Shown here piece by piece: positions 1 to 15,054 of a stretch of 64,000 bases of DNA. The notes beneath the pieces are model-generated. The model made no database searches. It was not told the origin of the DNA and worked only from the letters and a program-made list of their open reading frames with translations. The DNA lies in assembly GCF_009914755.1 (NCBI RefSeq), contig NC_060934.1; one strand, written 5' to 3'. The position numbers and the translations under genes were made by a program. Positions within the stretch are counted from its first letter, which is position 1, and the number at the start of each line of letters is the position of its first letter. This DNA is from the human T2T-CHM13v2.0 reference genome, Homo sapiens.

Positions 1-447
1 AAACACAGCTGACCAGTATTAACATTAAAACAGGCACCTTAAGACTGATAGAACAGACTCTTTAAGTCTGATAAGAAATATTCCCTTCTATTGATTCTAT
101 CTGCATAATGGGAACCTTGGTCTCCACAACCCCTTGTCTTAACCCAGACATTCCCTTGTATTGATTCTAGATCTTCAGACAATAACTTAACCCTTTCAAT
201 TTACTGCCACTTAAAAAATTCTTGAATCCACCTACAACCTGGAAGCCCCTGTTTCCAGTTGTCCTGCCTTTCCAGACCAAGCCAATGTACAACTTACATA
301 TATTGATTGATGTCTTATGTCTCCCTAAAATGTATAAAATCAAGTTTAGCCTGACCACCTGAGACAGACTCTCATGGGACTCTGTCACAGCCATTTGTTA
401 CTCATAAAAATTCAAATATTTTAAAGAATTTGACTCTTTTCATCAAC
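1..447 (+). mobile_element. ERV1 LTR of the MER4 group (3' part, runs off window edge)
   Basis: Ends ...aaatattttaaagaatttgactcttttcatcaac, like the MER4-family LTR terminus; TATA-like tgtataaaa at ~331 and MER4-like body (ccagttgtcctgcctttccagaccaagccaatgtac). Confidence 0.7.
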
Positions 448-600
448 GTACTATTATCCCCAGTTTACAGTTCCAAAACGGAGGCACAGGACAGTTAAGT
501 AACTTGTCTAACACCAGATAGCTAGTGAGTGACAGAAGAGGATTCAAAACTAGACAGTGTGGATCCAGGCTTGTGCTTCTAACTCGATGTCATACTGCCT
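448..600 (-). mobile_element. MIR SINE fragment
   Basis: MIR core-like tattatccccagtttacag...gaggcacagg...gttaagtaacttgtc...ggattcaaaactag. Confidence 0.6.
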
Positions 601-3600
601 CTACAGCAAATATAGTACAGGTGAGACCCACTGTCCTTGAAGCTGCCATGCCTACTCTTACAGTCCTTCCCACACTTGTGGAAGATCCTCACAGGTTCTG
701 CAAACTGCATTCCAACTACTCTGGATTCCCCATCTTCTGTTTTTGCATCCCTTCTCCCATCACTGCCTTAGCCATGTCCTCTGACTCTGGCCTTGTCTCC
801 ACCTAGACCACAATTCACACTTCTCACCGGGCAGTGCTTTTTAAAATATGTTGGGGAAATATACAGCTGGATTCAATTCAACCATGAATCACTTTGTTGC
901 CACTGGGTTGGCCTCAGGAATAAAATATTAGTTTGGATCCTGTTGCCAGAATAACTACTGACGTTCTTCAGGCTATCTAAAAGCCTGACCTTCCAGGGTT
1001 ACCCACCTACCAGCAAGAAGCATATGTAAATTTACAACTTTTGATAACTTGGCAACTGTATGTCCTAAAAAACTCAGGAAATGTTGGCCACATAAATTTT
1101 GATAAGAACTGTACATAACTTTAAAAAATTCATCTGAAAACTGAAAAACCACTTTTATATGTCCAGAATGCTTTTATATTTAAAAATTATATTTTATATT
1201 TTCCCCCTCAGTGATCATCTCTTGATTACTAAAGGAATAACAAGAGTAAACAGCTTGTCATTTGGATATGCACGTAGGTCAGTGAGAGGTATTGAGAAAC
1301 CAGTACTTTAGAAAAATTGTAAGTTCCACACTACAAGGAGGTGGAGACATGATCAGCATCAGTCTTTCTGACAGTGGCCTTAGGGATGTTAATTTTCGTT
1401 CCTTTTCTCCTATCTTTAAAGAAACAAAGATCAAAAAAGACAAAGAAGGGCATTATATAATGGTAAAGGGATCAATGCTAACAATCCTAAATATATATGC
1501 ACCCAATACAGGAGCACCCATATTCATAAAGCAAGTTCTTAGAGACCTATAAGGAGACTTAGACTCCCACACAATAATAGTGGGAGGTTTTAACATCCCT
1601 CTGTCAATACTGGACAGATCAATGAGACAGAAAATTAACAAGGATATTCAGGACTTGAACTCAGCTCTGGACCAAGCACACCTAATAGACATCAACAGAA
1701 CTCTACACCCCAAATCAACAGAATATACATTCTTCTCAGCATCACACAGCACTTATTCTGAAATAGACCACATAATTGGAAGTAAAACACTCCTCAGCAA
1801 ATGGAAAAGAACGGAAATCATAACAAACAGTCTCTCAGACCACAGTGCAATCAAATTAGAGCTCAGAATTAAGAAAGTCACTGAAAACCACACAACTACA
1901 TAGAAACTGAACAACCTGCTTCTGAATGACTACTGAGTAAATAACAAAATTAAGGCAGAAATAAATAAGTTCTTTGAAACCAAAGAGAACAAAGACACAA
2001 TGTACCAGAATCTCTGGGACACAGCTAAAGCAGTGTTTACAGGAAAATTTATAGCACTAAATGCCCACAGGAGAAAGTGGGAAATATCTAAAATCAACAT
2101 CCTAACATCTCAATTTAAAGAACTGGAGAAGCAAGAGCAAACAAATTCAAACGCTAGCATGAGACAAGAAATAACTAAGATCAGAGCAGAACTGAAGGAG
2201 ATAGAGACATGAAAAATCCTTCAAAAAAATGAATGAATCCAGGAGCTGGTTTTTTGAAAAAATTAACAAAATACATAGACCACTAGCCAGACTAATAAGT
2301 AAGAAAAGAGAGAAGAATCAAATAGACACAATAAAAAATGATAAAGGGGAGATCACCACTGATCACACAGAAATACAAATCCCATCAGAGAATACTATAA
2401 ACACCTCTACACAAGTAAACTGGAAAATCTAGAATAAATGGATAAATTCCTGGACACACACACCCTCCCAAGACTAAACCAGGAAGAAGTCGAATTTCTG
2501 AATAGATCAATAACAAGCTCTGAAATTGAGGCAGTGATTAATAGCCTACCAACCCAAAAAAATGCCCATGACCAGGCGGATTCACAGCCAAATTCTAACA
2601 GAGGTACAAAGAGGAGCTGGCAGCATTCCTTCTAAAACTATTCCAAACAATAGAAAAACAGGGACTCCTCCCTAACTCATTGTATGAGGCCAGCATCATC
2701 CTGATACCAAAACCTGGCAGAAACAAAACAAAAAGAGAAAATTTCAGGCTAATATCCCTGATAAACATTGATATGAATTTCCTCAATAAAATACTGGCAA
2801 ACCAAATCCAGCAGCACGTTAAAAAGCTTATCCACCACGATCAAGTTGGCTTCATCCCTGGGATGCAAGGCTGGTTCAACATATGCAAATCAATAAATGT
2901 AATCCATCACATAAACAAAACCAATGACAAAAACCAAATGATTATCTCAGTAGATGCAGAAAAGGCCTTCAATAAAATTCAACACCCCTTCATGCTAAAA
3001 ACTCTCAATAACCTAGGTATTGATGGAACATATCTCAAAATAATAAGATCTATTTCTGACAAACCGACAGCCAATATTATATTGAATGGGCAAAAGCTGG
3101 AAGCATTCCCTTTGAAAACCAACACAAGACAAGGATGCCCTCTCTCACCACTCCTATTCATCATAGTATTGGAAGTTCTTGCCAGGGCAATCAGGCAAGA
3201 GACAGAAATAAAGTGTATTCAAATAGGAAGAGAGGAAATCAAATTATCTCTGTTTGCAGATGACATGATTGTATATTTAGAAAACCCCATCATCTCAGCC
3301 CGAAATCTCCTGAAGCTGATAAGAAACTTCAGCAAAGTCTCAGGACACAAAATCAATGGCAAAAATCACAAGCATTCCTATACACCAATAATAGACAGAT
3401 AGTCAAATCATGAGTGAACTCCCATTCACATGCTACATAGAGAATAAAATACCTAGAAATACAACTTACAAGGCATGTGAAGGACCTCTTCAAGGAGAAC
3501 TACAAACCACTGCTCAAGGAAATAAGAGAGTACACAAACAAATGAAAAAACCTTCCATGCTGATGCATAGGAAGAATCAATATCGTGAAAATGGCCATAC

Positions 3601-4400
3601 TGCCAAAGGTAATTTATAGATTCAATGCTATTCCCATCAAGCTACCATTGACTTTCTTCACAGAATTGGAAAAAAACTACTTTAAATTTCATATGGAAGC
3701 AAAAAAGAGCCCATATAGCCAAGACAATTCTAAGCAAAAGGAACAAAGCTGAAGGCTTCACACTACCTGACTTCAAACTATACTACAAGGCTACAGTAAC
3801 AAAAACAGCATGGTACTGGTACCAAAACAGAGATATAGACCAATAGAACAGAACAGAGGCCTCAGAAATAACACCACACATATACAACCATCTGATCTTT
3901 GACAAACCTGACAAAAACAAGCAATGGGGAAAGGATTCCCTATTTAATAAATGGTGTTGGGAAAACAGGCTAGCCATATGCAGAAAACTGAAACTGGACC
4001 CCTTCCTTACACCTTATATAAAAATTAACGCAAGATGGATTAAAGATTTAAATATAAGACCTAAAACCATAAAAACCCTAGAAGAAAACCAAGGCAATAC
4101 CATGCAGGACATAGGCACGGGCAAAGACTTCATGACTAAAACACCGAAAGCAATGGCAACAAAAGCCAAAATAGACAAATGGGATCTAATTAAACTAAAG
4201 AGCTTCTGCAAAGCAAAAGAAACTATCATCAGAGTGAACAGGCAACCTACAGAATGGGAGAAAATATTTGCAATCTATCCATCTGATAAAGGGCTAATAT
4301 CCAGAATCTACAAGGAACATAAACAAATTTACAAGAAAAAAAAAAACCCATCAAAAAGTGGCGAAGGATATGAACAGACACTTTTCAAAAGAAGACATCT

Positions 4401-4710
4401 GGCCAGGCACAGTGGCTCACACCTTTAATCCCAACATTTTAGGAGGCTGAGGCAGGCAGATCACAAGGTCAGGAGTTCAAGACCTCCATGGCCAATGTAG
4501 GGAAACACTGTCTCTACTAAAAATACAAAAATTAGCTGGGCGTGGTGGCAGGCACCTGTAATCCCAGCTACTCAGGAAGCTGAGGCAGGAGATCACTTGA
4601 AACTGGAAGGTGGAGGTTGCAGTGAGCTGAGATTGCGCCACTGCACTCTAGCCTAGGCAAAAGAGCAAAACTCCATCTCAAAAAAAAAAAAAAAAAAAAA
4701 AGAAAAGAAA
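4401..4710 (+). mobile_element. AluS element nested in L1
   Basis: Dimeric Alu with poly-A; TSD AAAAGAAGACAT at 4387 and 4711. Confidence 0.95.
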
Positions 4711-5125
4711 AAAAGAAGACATTTATGCAGCCAACAAACATATGAAAAAAAACTCATCATCACTGGTCATTAGAGAAATGCAAATCAAAACCACAATGAG
4801 ATACAATCTCATGCCAGTTAGAATGGCAATCATTAAAAAGTCAGGAAACAACAGATGCTGGAGAGGATGTAGAGAAATAGGAATGCTTTTACACTTCAAT
4901 CATTGTGGAAGACAGTGTGGCAATTCTCAAGGATCTAGAACTAGAAATACCATTTGACCCAGCAATCCCATTACTGGGTATATACCCCAAGGATTATAAA
5001 TCATTCTACTATAAAGACACATGCACATGTATGTTTATTGAAGCACTATTCACAATAGCAAAGACTTGGAACCAACCCAAACGTCCATCAATGTTAGACT
5101 GGATAAAGAAAATGTGGCATGTATA

Positions 5126-5432
<307 letters not shown>

Positions 5433-6274
5433 AAAGAAAATGTGGCACGTACACTCCACGGAATACTATGCAGCCATAAAAAAGAATGAGTTCGTGTCCT
5501 TTGCCGGGATATGAGTGAAGCTGGAAACCATCATTCTCAGCAAACTAACACAGGAACGGAAAACCAAACACCACATGTTCTCACTGATAAGTGGGAGTTG
5601 AACAATGAGAACATATAGGCACAGGGAGGGGAACATCACACACCGGGGCCTGTTGGGGGGTGGGGGGCTACGGGAGGGATAGCATTAGGAGAAATACCTA
5701 ATGTAGATCATGGGTTGATGGGTGCAGCAAACCACCGTGGCACATGTATACCTATGTAACAAAACTGCATGTTCTGCACATGTAACCCAGAACTTAAAAT
5801 ATAATAATAATAAATAATAAATAACGAGATGGTTTACTTTGGACTTTCAGGAAGCAAACACAATGGCAGGAAAAAATAGCTTTTTTAGAAATATCATAAA
5901 GACAACTTTTCAAGTTTTATGATCATTTAAATTTAAGTTTCTAAAAGTGCTTTGACAATGATAGGTGTCCATGTAAAAATGTATTAATGTTATACTAAAT
6001 ATCAGTTTACAATTTTAGAAGAGCTATATATTTTAGAAAACATCCCATACAAGACATAAAAATTTATAATGTAAAATGTAAAAAAAAAAAAAAAAAGAAA
6101 GCTACTGCCATATTTATGGTGTAAAATAAACTTTCCTTCCAGAAGTAAAGAAATTATTTTGCTACCTGATTGGTAGCTGGGTAATGGTTGGTTAAACATG
6201 TCTGTGCTTGGTAACTTTTTACTTTGTTTAGAAGACTGAATGGTGACAATACTGTACTCATTTTGAAAATATAC

Positions 6275-6370
6275 CTGTTGAAATCAGGCCAAGCGCTAGG
6301 CCTCGGCGATCGTCAAAATACTGGCACGTAATGGTCACTGTTGCAGTGTATAATAAACCACATCCAAGAC
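6275..6370 (-). CDS. SLC16A9: SLC16A9/MCT9 third coding exon (96 nt, phase 1-1): (G)[31 protein letters not shown](G)
   Basis: Acceptor tcatgcttAG|GT, donor CAG|GTatat; in frame with the previous exon; carries the MCT signature YFxxRRxLAxG (loop after TM4). Not in the ORF track. Confidence 0.95.
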
Positions 6371-8061
6371 CTAAGCATGAGAAGACATTGCATAAATTAA
6401 GACGCTGCATTACTTCAATGCAAGAGAAAAAAGGAAAAACAAGTATGTCCGATAAGACATTCCATTACTCACTGGCTAAAACTGTTACAAGTACAGACTC
6501 CTAGATTCCTTCCATGTGTGTAGCCCCAATAGACACCATTGGGCAGCCTCATTTTTCACCCCACACCCACCTTAAGATCAGGGTCAAGTAAAAAAGTATC
6601 CAATTTCTAAAGCATGAATGAATAACGCCAATGTAAATTAAGAGATTATGGAGAAAGAAGGAAAATGGCTAAATTCACATACCAAATAGCAAATTTGATC
6701 AAGTTTGCCCCTTAGAGATCTATGCCTCTTCCAAGTCCTTGCCCCCAGCTCAGTGTTCTTCCTCTTCTAAGTCCTCTAAACAACTTTTTAAAATACACTT
6801 GATCACTCAAAGCTATTTTGTTAGAGTTTAGCCTGCACAAGCCAGTCTGCAATATGAAGGCCCTGTGGGGTTCTCATATCATCTCACACAGTGAAATTTG
6901 TATCTGTAAGTCTTCATCTTTTAGAGGTGCATATTACCTTATTTAGAAGTAAAATGTAGTAATGTCTTTACTTTAAAATACTTTCACCAAAAAAAGGAAG
7001 CACATACAACAAAATACTGACAACTATTGGTGAGCATATGGTTGTTTGCTATACTATTCTCCACTTTTCTGTAAATTTGAAATTATTTTATAATTAACAA
7101 CAAAAAAAAGTTACAACTAAATTTCTCTTCCTGAATCCTAAGGGTAATATTTATCTCCAGATCATCTCCAAGGCTCTCGTTTGTTAGCTTAATATTTTCT
7201 TCCCTTTTAAGAATCTGACAACCCCAGTTTGTTTTTCATATAATTCTCCGTTGGCCCTCAGTCATTTACTTTATGCTTTTCTTCCACAACATTATCTGTT
7301 CTTGAGGATCACTCTAAAACAACAAATAAGCCATAGTCTAATAACTGAATTTTAACTATGGCCTATTATGTGAATTATTAAGGCCATTTTCCTTACTTAA
7401 AATAGCTACCTGGACTATGATTTAAAAGAATACATGAGTTTAACAAATACACTGCATAAACATTTTAGGAAATCAGCACTTAACCCATGACTCAGATGAT
7501 TATCCATAATTGCACACAGAGTCTTATTAATGAAATGAGAGAGATTAAAACAACTAGACTTTAACCCTTTAAAAATAGAGTGCCCTTTTATGTCATTTAT
7601 GGGGAAAAAAATACTCTCAAAATCTAAGACATGAGTTGGATTAATTTATATAGTTGTCATTACTACACAGAGGACACTTCAAAACATGAAATAAGAACTG
7701 TTTCTAACCAATCAATTTTGTGAAGCCAAAAAGTGTCACCCTTAACTAAGACTATTTCTGAAAGCCTTTGGAGGCGGTTTTATTGTAAATAATGCAAAGT
7801 TACATGCTTTCCGTGATTTCGTTGTCAGAGCTGTGTCAAAGGTTAAGCATTCAAGACATGAAAAAAAGACATTTCAGGTTACTAAATGTCAATGCCAAAA
7901 AAGTTGAAACAGCAACTTTTAAACTTTAAATCTTATACTAAAATGAATTTTTTAAAATGATTTAAAGGCCTTAGGGTTCAGATAAGATTACCTCACTTTT
8001 TTTTAATGTAGCAGAAATCTGAAACGCATTTACTTTAAATTTGTCAGAAAGCAAAAGGTGA

Positions 8062-8367
<306 letters not shown>

Positions 8368-8423
8368 AGAAAGCAAAAGGTGGCATGATTCCTCTCTTCA
8401 TCTGCATCAGGACAACCTTAAAT

Positions 8424-9742
8424 CAGCAGTTGTTAAAGAGAAGTCTGTGTACCTATGGTCCCTAAGATCTTTCATGAAGTTAGTCAAGTCAAACCTATTT
8501 TTATAATAATACTAAGATGTTCTCTGCTTTTTTCACTATGTTCACATTTATGCTGATGGTGCAAAAGAGATGCTGAGTAAAACTGCAAAAAGCCTACCAC
8601 AAACTAAGGTATTCCTAAGGAACTAGACACTTCATAGGCTTCACAACCACACCCTCACAGTAAAAACAAACACATTTGTTTTCAATGCTTCACCTGAATT
8701 ACAATAATTGCTGCAAGTATAAGCACTTAAGTGATTGTTTTATAGCTAGCTGAAATAACCACTTTTAAAATATAACATCGTTTTATTTGAAACAGTGTCT
8801 GACAGACAAACTACAGTTATTTAACCTTGGGTGTCTGGCTGATATTTTCTTGTAAATGAACCAACGCTGGGAAACAACTGACAGTAATTGTTACCAATGA
8901 TAAAATTCATATTTTCCAGCAAAAAAAAAAAAAAAAAACACACAGAATTTTGGAAAACTTGTATCTGTCACCATGCATTTGACAGCTTCCCAATTCATAA
9001 AGATTTCTAATGAGCTTTTTGGTAATATTAACCAAAGTGATGTTTTACAATGAAATGTGTTAATATTTTTAAGTTCTTGCATAACTCAGCAAATTGATAT
9101 TTTTTGATATTTTTTGATAGCCAATGCATGAAGCTACAAAATTAAGTTTGAATAAAGATCTACTCAAAGCACAAAATAAACACATGGATTTACTATAACA
9201 GAGTATGAAAAGTATACTGATATGGTATCAGGTTCCTCATTGCAATTAATCCTTAGGAAACTATCACTTAACAAATTTCGGTAGAGGAATATCTATAATT
9301 ACCTGAAAAGACTCTTAAACACTCTTCCCTTTTCTAATTACATCTTTGTATGAGACCAGATTTTCTTCATATACTTCAATCAAGAAGCATATTGTAACAT
9401 ATTGAGTACGGAAGTAGATAGGAGAATATAGCTGCCTTCTATGAAACCAGACATTAAAGAGATTTGCAAACATGTAAGACAATGGCACTCTTCTCACCAA
9501 ATTTTGTTTTGCTTTGGAAAACAGAGTTATTTTTCATAATAGATATGATATTTACGTTAACATCTACTGGATTCGTTATCTTGAAATGAATAGCTAAACA
9601 AATATTTTTAAGTGTCTTATCTCTTAATACAGCACATTTTAATAGACTAAATCTAAGTATAATCCTCATAATCAAAAGTTTCCAGGTGTTCTAAATAGAA
9701 GAATGTAAAGGGTTCCAAGATTAAACAGTTTGGAAACCACTG
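8424..9742 (+). mobile_element. hAT-Charlie DNA transposon relic (Charlie1-type internal-deletion derivative)
   Basis: Termini CAGcagttgttaaa / tttggaaaccaCTG; 8-bp TSD CCTTAAAT (8416) / CCTTAAAG (9743); Charlie1-like internal sequence (gatggtgcaaaag...taaaactgc). Confidence 0.8.
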
Positions 9743-11417
9743 CCTTAAAGCATTCCTTGGCCTCCAACCAGTTTGGATCAGACCCCTACCAGTGAAAAAA
9801 TTCTGTGTACCAACCTCCAGTAAAAGAATAACAATTTTAAAATTAAATACTTGTACTACTGACCATTCACAGCATCAGTATTAGTAAGGCATAGTTGTTT
9901 CCCTTTCTTTAAATGGTAAAAACTAAATATATTTACATGTTGTAACATTTCTTTTCCACACTTTACCTTCCATTTCACACACTGGAGACACAACTTCAGA
10001 GGCCTCTTTCCCCTCACCTCCTCTCATCAAACCAGACATCAAGCTCTTTATCACACCCACGGCCTAAATTATCAACCTCACTCTCTCTCTGCACTAACAC
10101 TGCCTCAGTTCACCTCCTCATCTTTTTTTTTTAATCTCATCTAAAGCCTCCTAATAGCTGTCTCAGCCTTCAGTACTTTTCCCACCAATCTGTCTTCTAA
10201 ACTGTTGTCATATAGTTCTCATCATGTCATACTACTGCAATAAAGACCTCATTAAACTGTTAGCATCTGGCCTCTGTTACATACCATGCTTTGACATATT
10301 TGCAACTCCTCACACCATCTGTGCATTCCTTAACAAACACGTATAAAAAGACTGCTGTTTATCCATTCTATCTTGCGCCTCTGAGTACTTAGGCTACTGA
10401 AATGTCCTCCTCACACCATCCCCACTCCCCTTCCAACCGTATCCACTTGAACCACTTCCTGCCTGTTTTTCAAGACTTAGCGCAAGCATAAATTAAGCAT
10501 GAAGCCTCCACCCTCTCTCCCCAGCACACACACATACATTGGCTTCCTTTCATCATTGCACTTATTGTGCTGTGCTACAAGTTATATATTTTCAAGTCTA
10601 TTCCTCCAACTAGACAATTGGTTGTGCGACTTTGGCAAAGTCATTTAAACTCTCTAATTCCTAGTTTATTTATCTGTAAAACAATCTTGTAAGATAGTTG
10701 TAAAAATTAAGAGACATAAAAAATGTAAATATGTAGTTTCTGTCCCTATGCTATCATGAGTACAAAAAAAATCCATTATATTGGTATACTTTTTTCATTT
10801 TTCACCTGAGTATTATGGCATTATGTAGATACTGCCTCAGACTACATTAAAAAATCATAGTACCTTATTACACCTGCATATCCATGACAGTTAAAAATTA
10901 TCTTCAATTATATAACAATTTTGAAAGGGGGGGCTTGTAAATCTCTATTTCTACTAAAGCAAATATACAGGAAATGCTCTTTATCTCATTTGGCAGAATT
11001 ACAGTAAGAGAATCAGACTGTCTACAAACATGTTCTTTTCCCTCCCCACTCTCAGTGGACTACGCAGGTATTACCAAAGAAAGGGCAGTGGTGGGAGGTG
11101 AGGGGAAGAAAATGGAATTCTTCCAAAAATCAGGAAGGGAATAATAAGAAAACCATAATCAGCTAGCTAAATAACAATATATTCTAAAGAAAAGAGAATA
11201 CAAGGAATTGGTTTTGAGTTGTGCTTTTCAGAAAAGCAAAGAGAAATTATTAGAAAGAGGCTTGAGCAAATCATTACAGGCACATTCCCTGCACCACCAC
11301 CTCCTACCCACCTAATTTTCATCTCTCACTGTATTGCCTTTTGCCTGATTTAGAAAATTTATTGAGAAAACAGGAGACTCAATTCCCAGATTTGGCTGTG
11401 TGGCTTACAATCACTTG

Positions 11418-11943
11418 CCAATACATAAAGATTTCTAATGAGCTTGTTGGCAGTATTAACCAAAGTGATGTTTTACAATGAAATGTGTTAACATTTTTAA
11501 GTTCTTGCATAACTCAGCAAACCAATATTTTTCAAATAGAGAATGCATGATGCTACAAAATCAGGTTTGAATGAAGATCTATTTAAAGTACAGAATAAAC
11601 AGAGGCCAGGTACAGTGGCTCACGCCTATAATCCCAGCACTTTGGGAGCCCAAGACCACGGATCACCTGAGGTCAGGAGCTCAAGACCAGCCTGGCCAAC
11701 ATGGCAAAACCCTATCTCTACTAAAAATACAAAAATGAGTCAGGCGTGGTGGCTTGCTCCTGTAGTCCCAGCTTACTCGGGAGGCTGAGGCAGGAGAATC
11801 GCTTGAACCCATGAGGCAGAGGTTGCAGTGAGACTCCGTCTCGAAAGAAAAAAAAAAAAGTACAGAATAAACAAATGGATTTACCGTAACAGAGTACAAA
11901 TCTATACTGATATGGTATCAAGTTCCTCATTGCAATTAATCCT
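11418..11943 (+). repeat. Local direct copy of 8990-9253 (Charlie internal segment), interrupted by an Alu
   Basis: Long near-identical runs, e.g. tattaaccaaagtgatgttttacaatgaaatgtgttaa and gttcctcattgcaattaatcct, in both places. Confidence 0.9.
11604..11856 (+). mobile_element. AluS with right-arm internal deletion
   Basis: TSD AAAGTACAGAATAAACA (11585, 11857); ggttgcagtgag joined directly to actccgtctc. Confidence 0.92.
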
Positions 11944-13519
11944 GCAATCTGACAAGTTGGTACAGGTTTTCATTTGAGCTACAAAAACCTAACAAAACAA
12001 CATCATGTTTTCAAATTGTTAGTTTTGGAAAAAAATCAATTAAATGGTAAAACAGAATTATATCATTTAACACACTTTAGTATTCTTTTGACATTTTAGC
12101 TTGTAATATCCCATATAACTTTAATTTCTTTTCTTGTATTTTTAAACCTCTTACACAAATATTTCTGATTCAATAGAGCTTCTTCAGTAGCCAAAAACTA
12201 CTGCTGTATGGGTCAGAAAGGAATTTAAGGAGAAAGGAACAAATATGTATTAAACATCTCTGTATGCCTCTTTATAAACATTATCTCATGAATAGTCACA
12301 ATACCTCCATGAACTCATATCAGTGCCATTTTATAAAAAATAAAAAAGGAAGCTCAGAGAGGCTGAATAATTTTTCAGGTCATAAAACAAATGATAATGG
12401 TTTATGCTAGCTAGCATTCATTGCACTATGTCACCCATCTTCACAAACTCCTATAAGACGGGTGCTATTATGATGCTCAGTTTACAAATGAGAACACAGA
12501 AGTTACAAAACATGTTTACAGTCACACAGCTGGCAAGTGGATAAAAGAAGGTTAACCCACATGGTCTAACCCCAGAGCCTGCCTGCTAGTCAGTGTCTGA
12601 TCTTTCCCTTGGTCACACTGTCTAGCTAAAGAGGCCATCTAGCTCATTCCAGACAAATGAAAGTCCTTAGGATATGATTCTGCACAGAATTGCATCTTAC
12701 AAATGTTACCATTAGACTGAACCGTTCTTATTTTTCTAAAGAGCTCATGATACAGGAATGAGATTTTAGACTGTGTAATAATTTCCTGTCACTTTTTTTT
12801 TCAATTTGATACTCTACTTCAAATGGTAACAGAATGAAAGTGCCAGTGTTCATTATTATCCCATTTATTTATCCCACAAACATTCCATGAGCCCTATACT
12901 ATGAGCCTACTGATGAAATAAAACTGTGAAGAAATCAACCATGGTGGTAAATATTAATAATTTGCCAGCAAGCAGTAACTCACAGGTCCCCAATAATTAC
13001 GGTGGTGAGAGATATTTTTATTAATTGAAATCTAACTCAACTCTTTATTTTATTGTTATCTTGCTTGACATCATTTAGTCCTCACAAGACCCATACGAGG
13101 TAGGTTTCTTAGCCTGCCTTCACAGATGAGGGAGGGTACAGTCATTTGTGGAGATGAAGGAGCTTGCTCAAACTCACAGAACCTGTGTCTGCTGACCTGA
13201 AGTCCAGTGCTCTCTCCATGAGCTGACAGTTTCCTCTCAGTCACTGAGAATCAGAACCTATTGCCAAATCAGAGCTATGTACATCCTCAGACCTGAGCCT
13301 GTTTTCTGACCCAGAATCCACTAAATGAAGGAAAGGCCAGGACTCTAGGAGGAAGGACACTGCAACAAACATGATGACAAGTTGGTATATATGGAATGAT
13401 AACGTGAGTCTTTCCCCAGAGAGAACTATGCCATCTATTTAAGTAACTGTACACTGAGGAAAGTGAAATACATTTTGAACATTGTTGTTAGAGACACGAA
13501 GAGTTTGCATGGCTTCCCC

Positions 13520-13745
13520 TTAGAGTGGGCTTACATGGGCACGTAATATATGGGATTATGCCCCAACTGCCCAGCCAATGGTCCTTTCCCCAGTCCCTGA
13601 TATTTAATTATAGCACATATACACAACAGCTGATAGAACTCCCTACATTGTTCTTTGGTCCCTTGGACAAAGCAATAAGAGGTATCATTCCCTACAACGC
13701 CATCATAGTGAGGAAAACCAAGTGAAAGCCCTGTAACTCCACCAT
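13520..13745 (+). mobile_element. Decayed ERVL/MaLR internal (pro/pol-region) fragment
   Basis: cccagtccctga...cagctgatagaactccctacattg...atcatagtgaggaaaaccaagtgaaagccctgtaactcc resembles the HERV-L segment encoding ...SWQNPHIG...VGKAKWKPLELP; recalled similarity only. Confidence 0.5.
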
Positions 13746-13864
13746 CAGCGACAATAGCCATAAGTGTAAGCCTAAGCCAATATCAAATCCCATATAAATG
13801 GACTACTGAGTGTCAGACTGAGCATCTCTTAAGTATCAAACGAAGTCTCCTAGCTTTGCTAATT

Positions 13865-14010
13865 TAGTTAGTAATATTTTTACTTCTCTGAGCTTCACTT
13901 TCCCTCTCTGTAAAATGGGTTCTTGTGAAGAGGAAATGAGATCATATAAAGCATTTAGCACAGTCCCTAGCATATGATAAGTACACAGTGAATATTAGTT
14001 GCTACATTTT
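13865..14010 (+). mobile_element. MIR SINE fragment
   Basis: cttctctgagcttcactttccctctctgtaaaatggg...aaagcatttagcacagtccctagcatat...aatattagt. Confidence 0.65.
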
Positions 14011-14819
14011 CTATTATTTATTATTGGAGAAATATTTCCAGGCAGAAAAAAGGAATATTGGTAGTCAATAAAATTAGCTCCTTTCAGGCATTAAGAAGAA
14101 ACTTGAAAGCTGGAGGCCATCTTTTTCTAAGTCCCTACCAACAGTCCCTAGAAATACCAAGTTTGGTGATTTTTAACACTGAACCCAATTAGTGTAATGA
14201 CATGACAAGGATATCTTCCCAAATTTTCAGTACTCTAAGGCCCTGCGCCTCCTATGCTTTCCTCCCCTGTAACCAGCATCATCCCACCACTCAGCTTTCT
14301 TCACTCATGTCTTATCTCTAAAAAAAATAGTAATACATGCTTTCAAATCTACTTTTTACTTGTGCTGTGGCTTTTCACTTGGGTTCACAGCAACAGATGC
14401 TATGGAATGCAAACAGCTGTTTGTGAACACAAACAGCTTCAAAGAATCATGCTTGACTGCCCAATAGGAAAAGGGCCACTTCATAATTTAGTGAGAAGTG
14501 ACAGATGTCAATAACATCCAAGTTTTATGTTCCCCTCTCACTTTTCCCATATGTGCTATAGAGAGACAAGGGCTGAGATGAAAAACTTCCCTGTGCCTTG
14601 CAAGGAGACAGAGTATGGATTGTTTGTTCTTTCAAACATTTTGATTCACTGGGCAGGTTTTTTTCACTAAAGCAACAGTTTTTGGAGAAGTGGTTATTGA
14701 AAGTAAATTATTAGTGAGCATTTTCACTCCTTTACATTAACTGGATCATAAACCTGGCACTGGTGAAATGATGTGTATCTCTTGAAGGTTAGGAAAGTCA
14801 TAGTGACGAGGTTCCTTAC

Positions 14820-14963
14820 CTACAACAATGCCATAGGAAAAAAACAGAAAGTAGATATTGGGAGCAAAACTGCTCAACATCAGGCCTCCAGCCACCATGA
14901 AGCCACTGAAGATTGTGACAGGTCTTGCTCCAAAAGATGAGACACAGAGACTGCAGACAGGAC
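14820..14963 (-). CDS. SLC16A9: SLC16A9/MCT9 second coding exon (144 nt, phase 1-1): (S)[47 protein letters not shown](G)
   Basis: Acceptor tttctttttttAG|GT at 14965-14964; donor TAG|GTaagg at 14819; MFS/MCT motif FGxRPV and hydrophobic TM segments. Confidence 0.96.
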
Positions 14964-15054
14964 CTAAAAAAAGAAATGAAACCTTCACTTATTATCATAT
15001 GATCCATCCATCATAAGTTCAAAATGATTCTTTCCACCATAAAACAACAAAAAT

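Noticed and set aside
2680-3402. 240-aa reverse-transcriptase ORF as an active or novel RT system
   Set aside because: It is a fragment of L1 ORF2 within a 5'-truncated element with many stops, frameshifts and two nested Alus.
14746-14988. Standalone 80-aa ORF
   Set aside because: Only 14820-14963 is exonic; the flanking residues are intronic.
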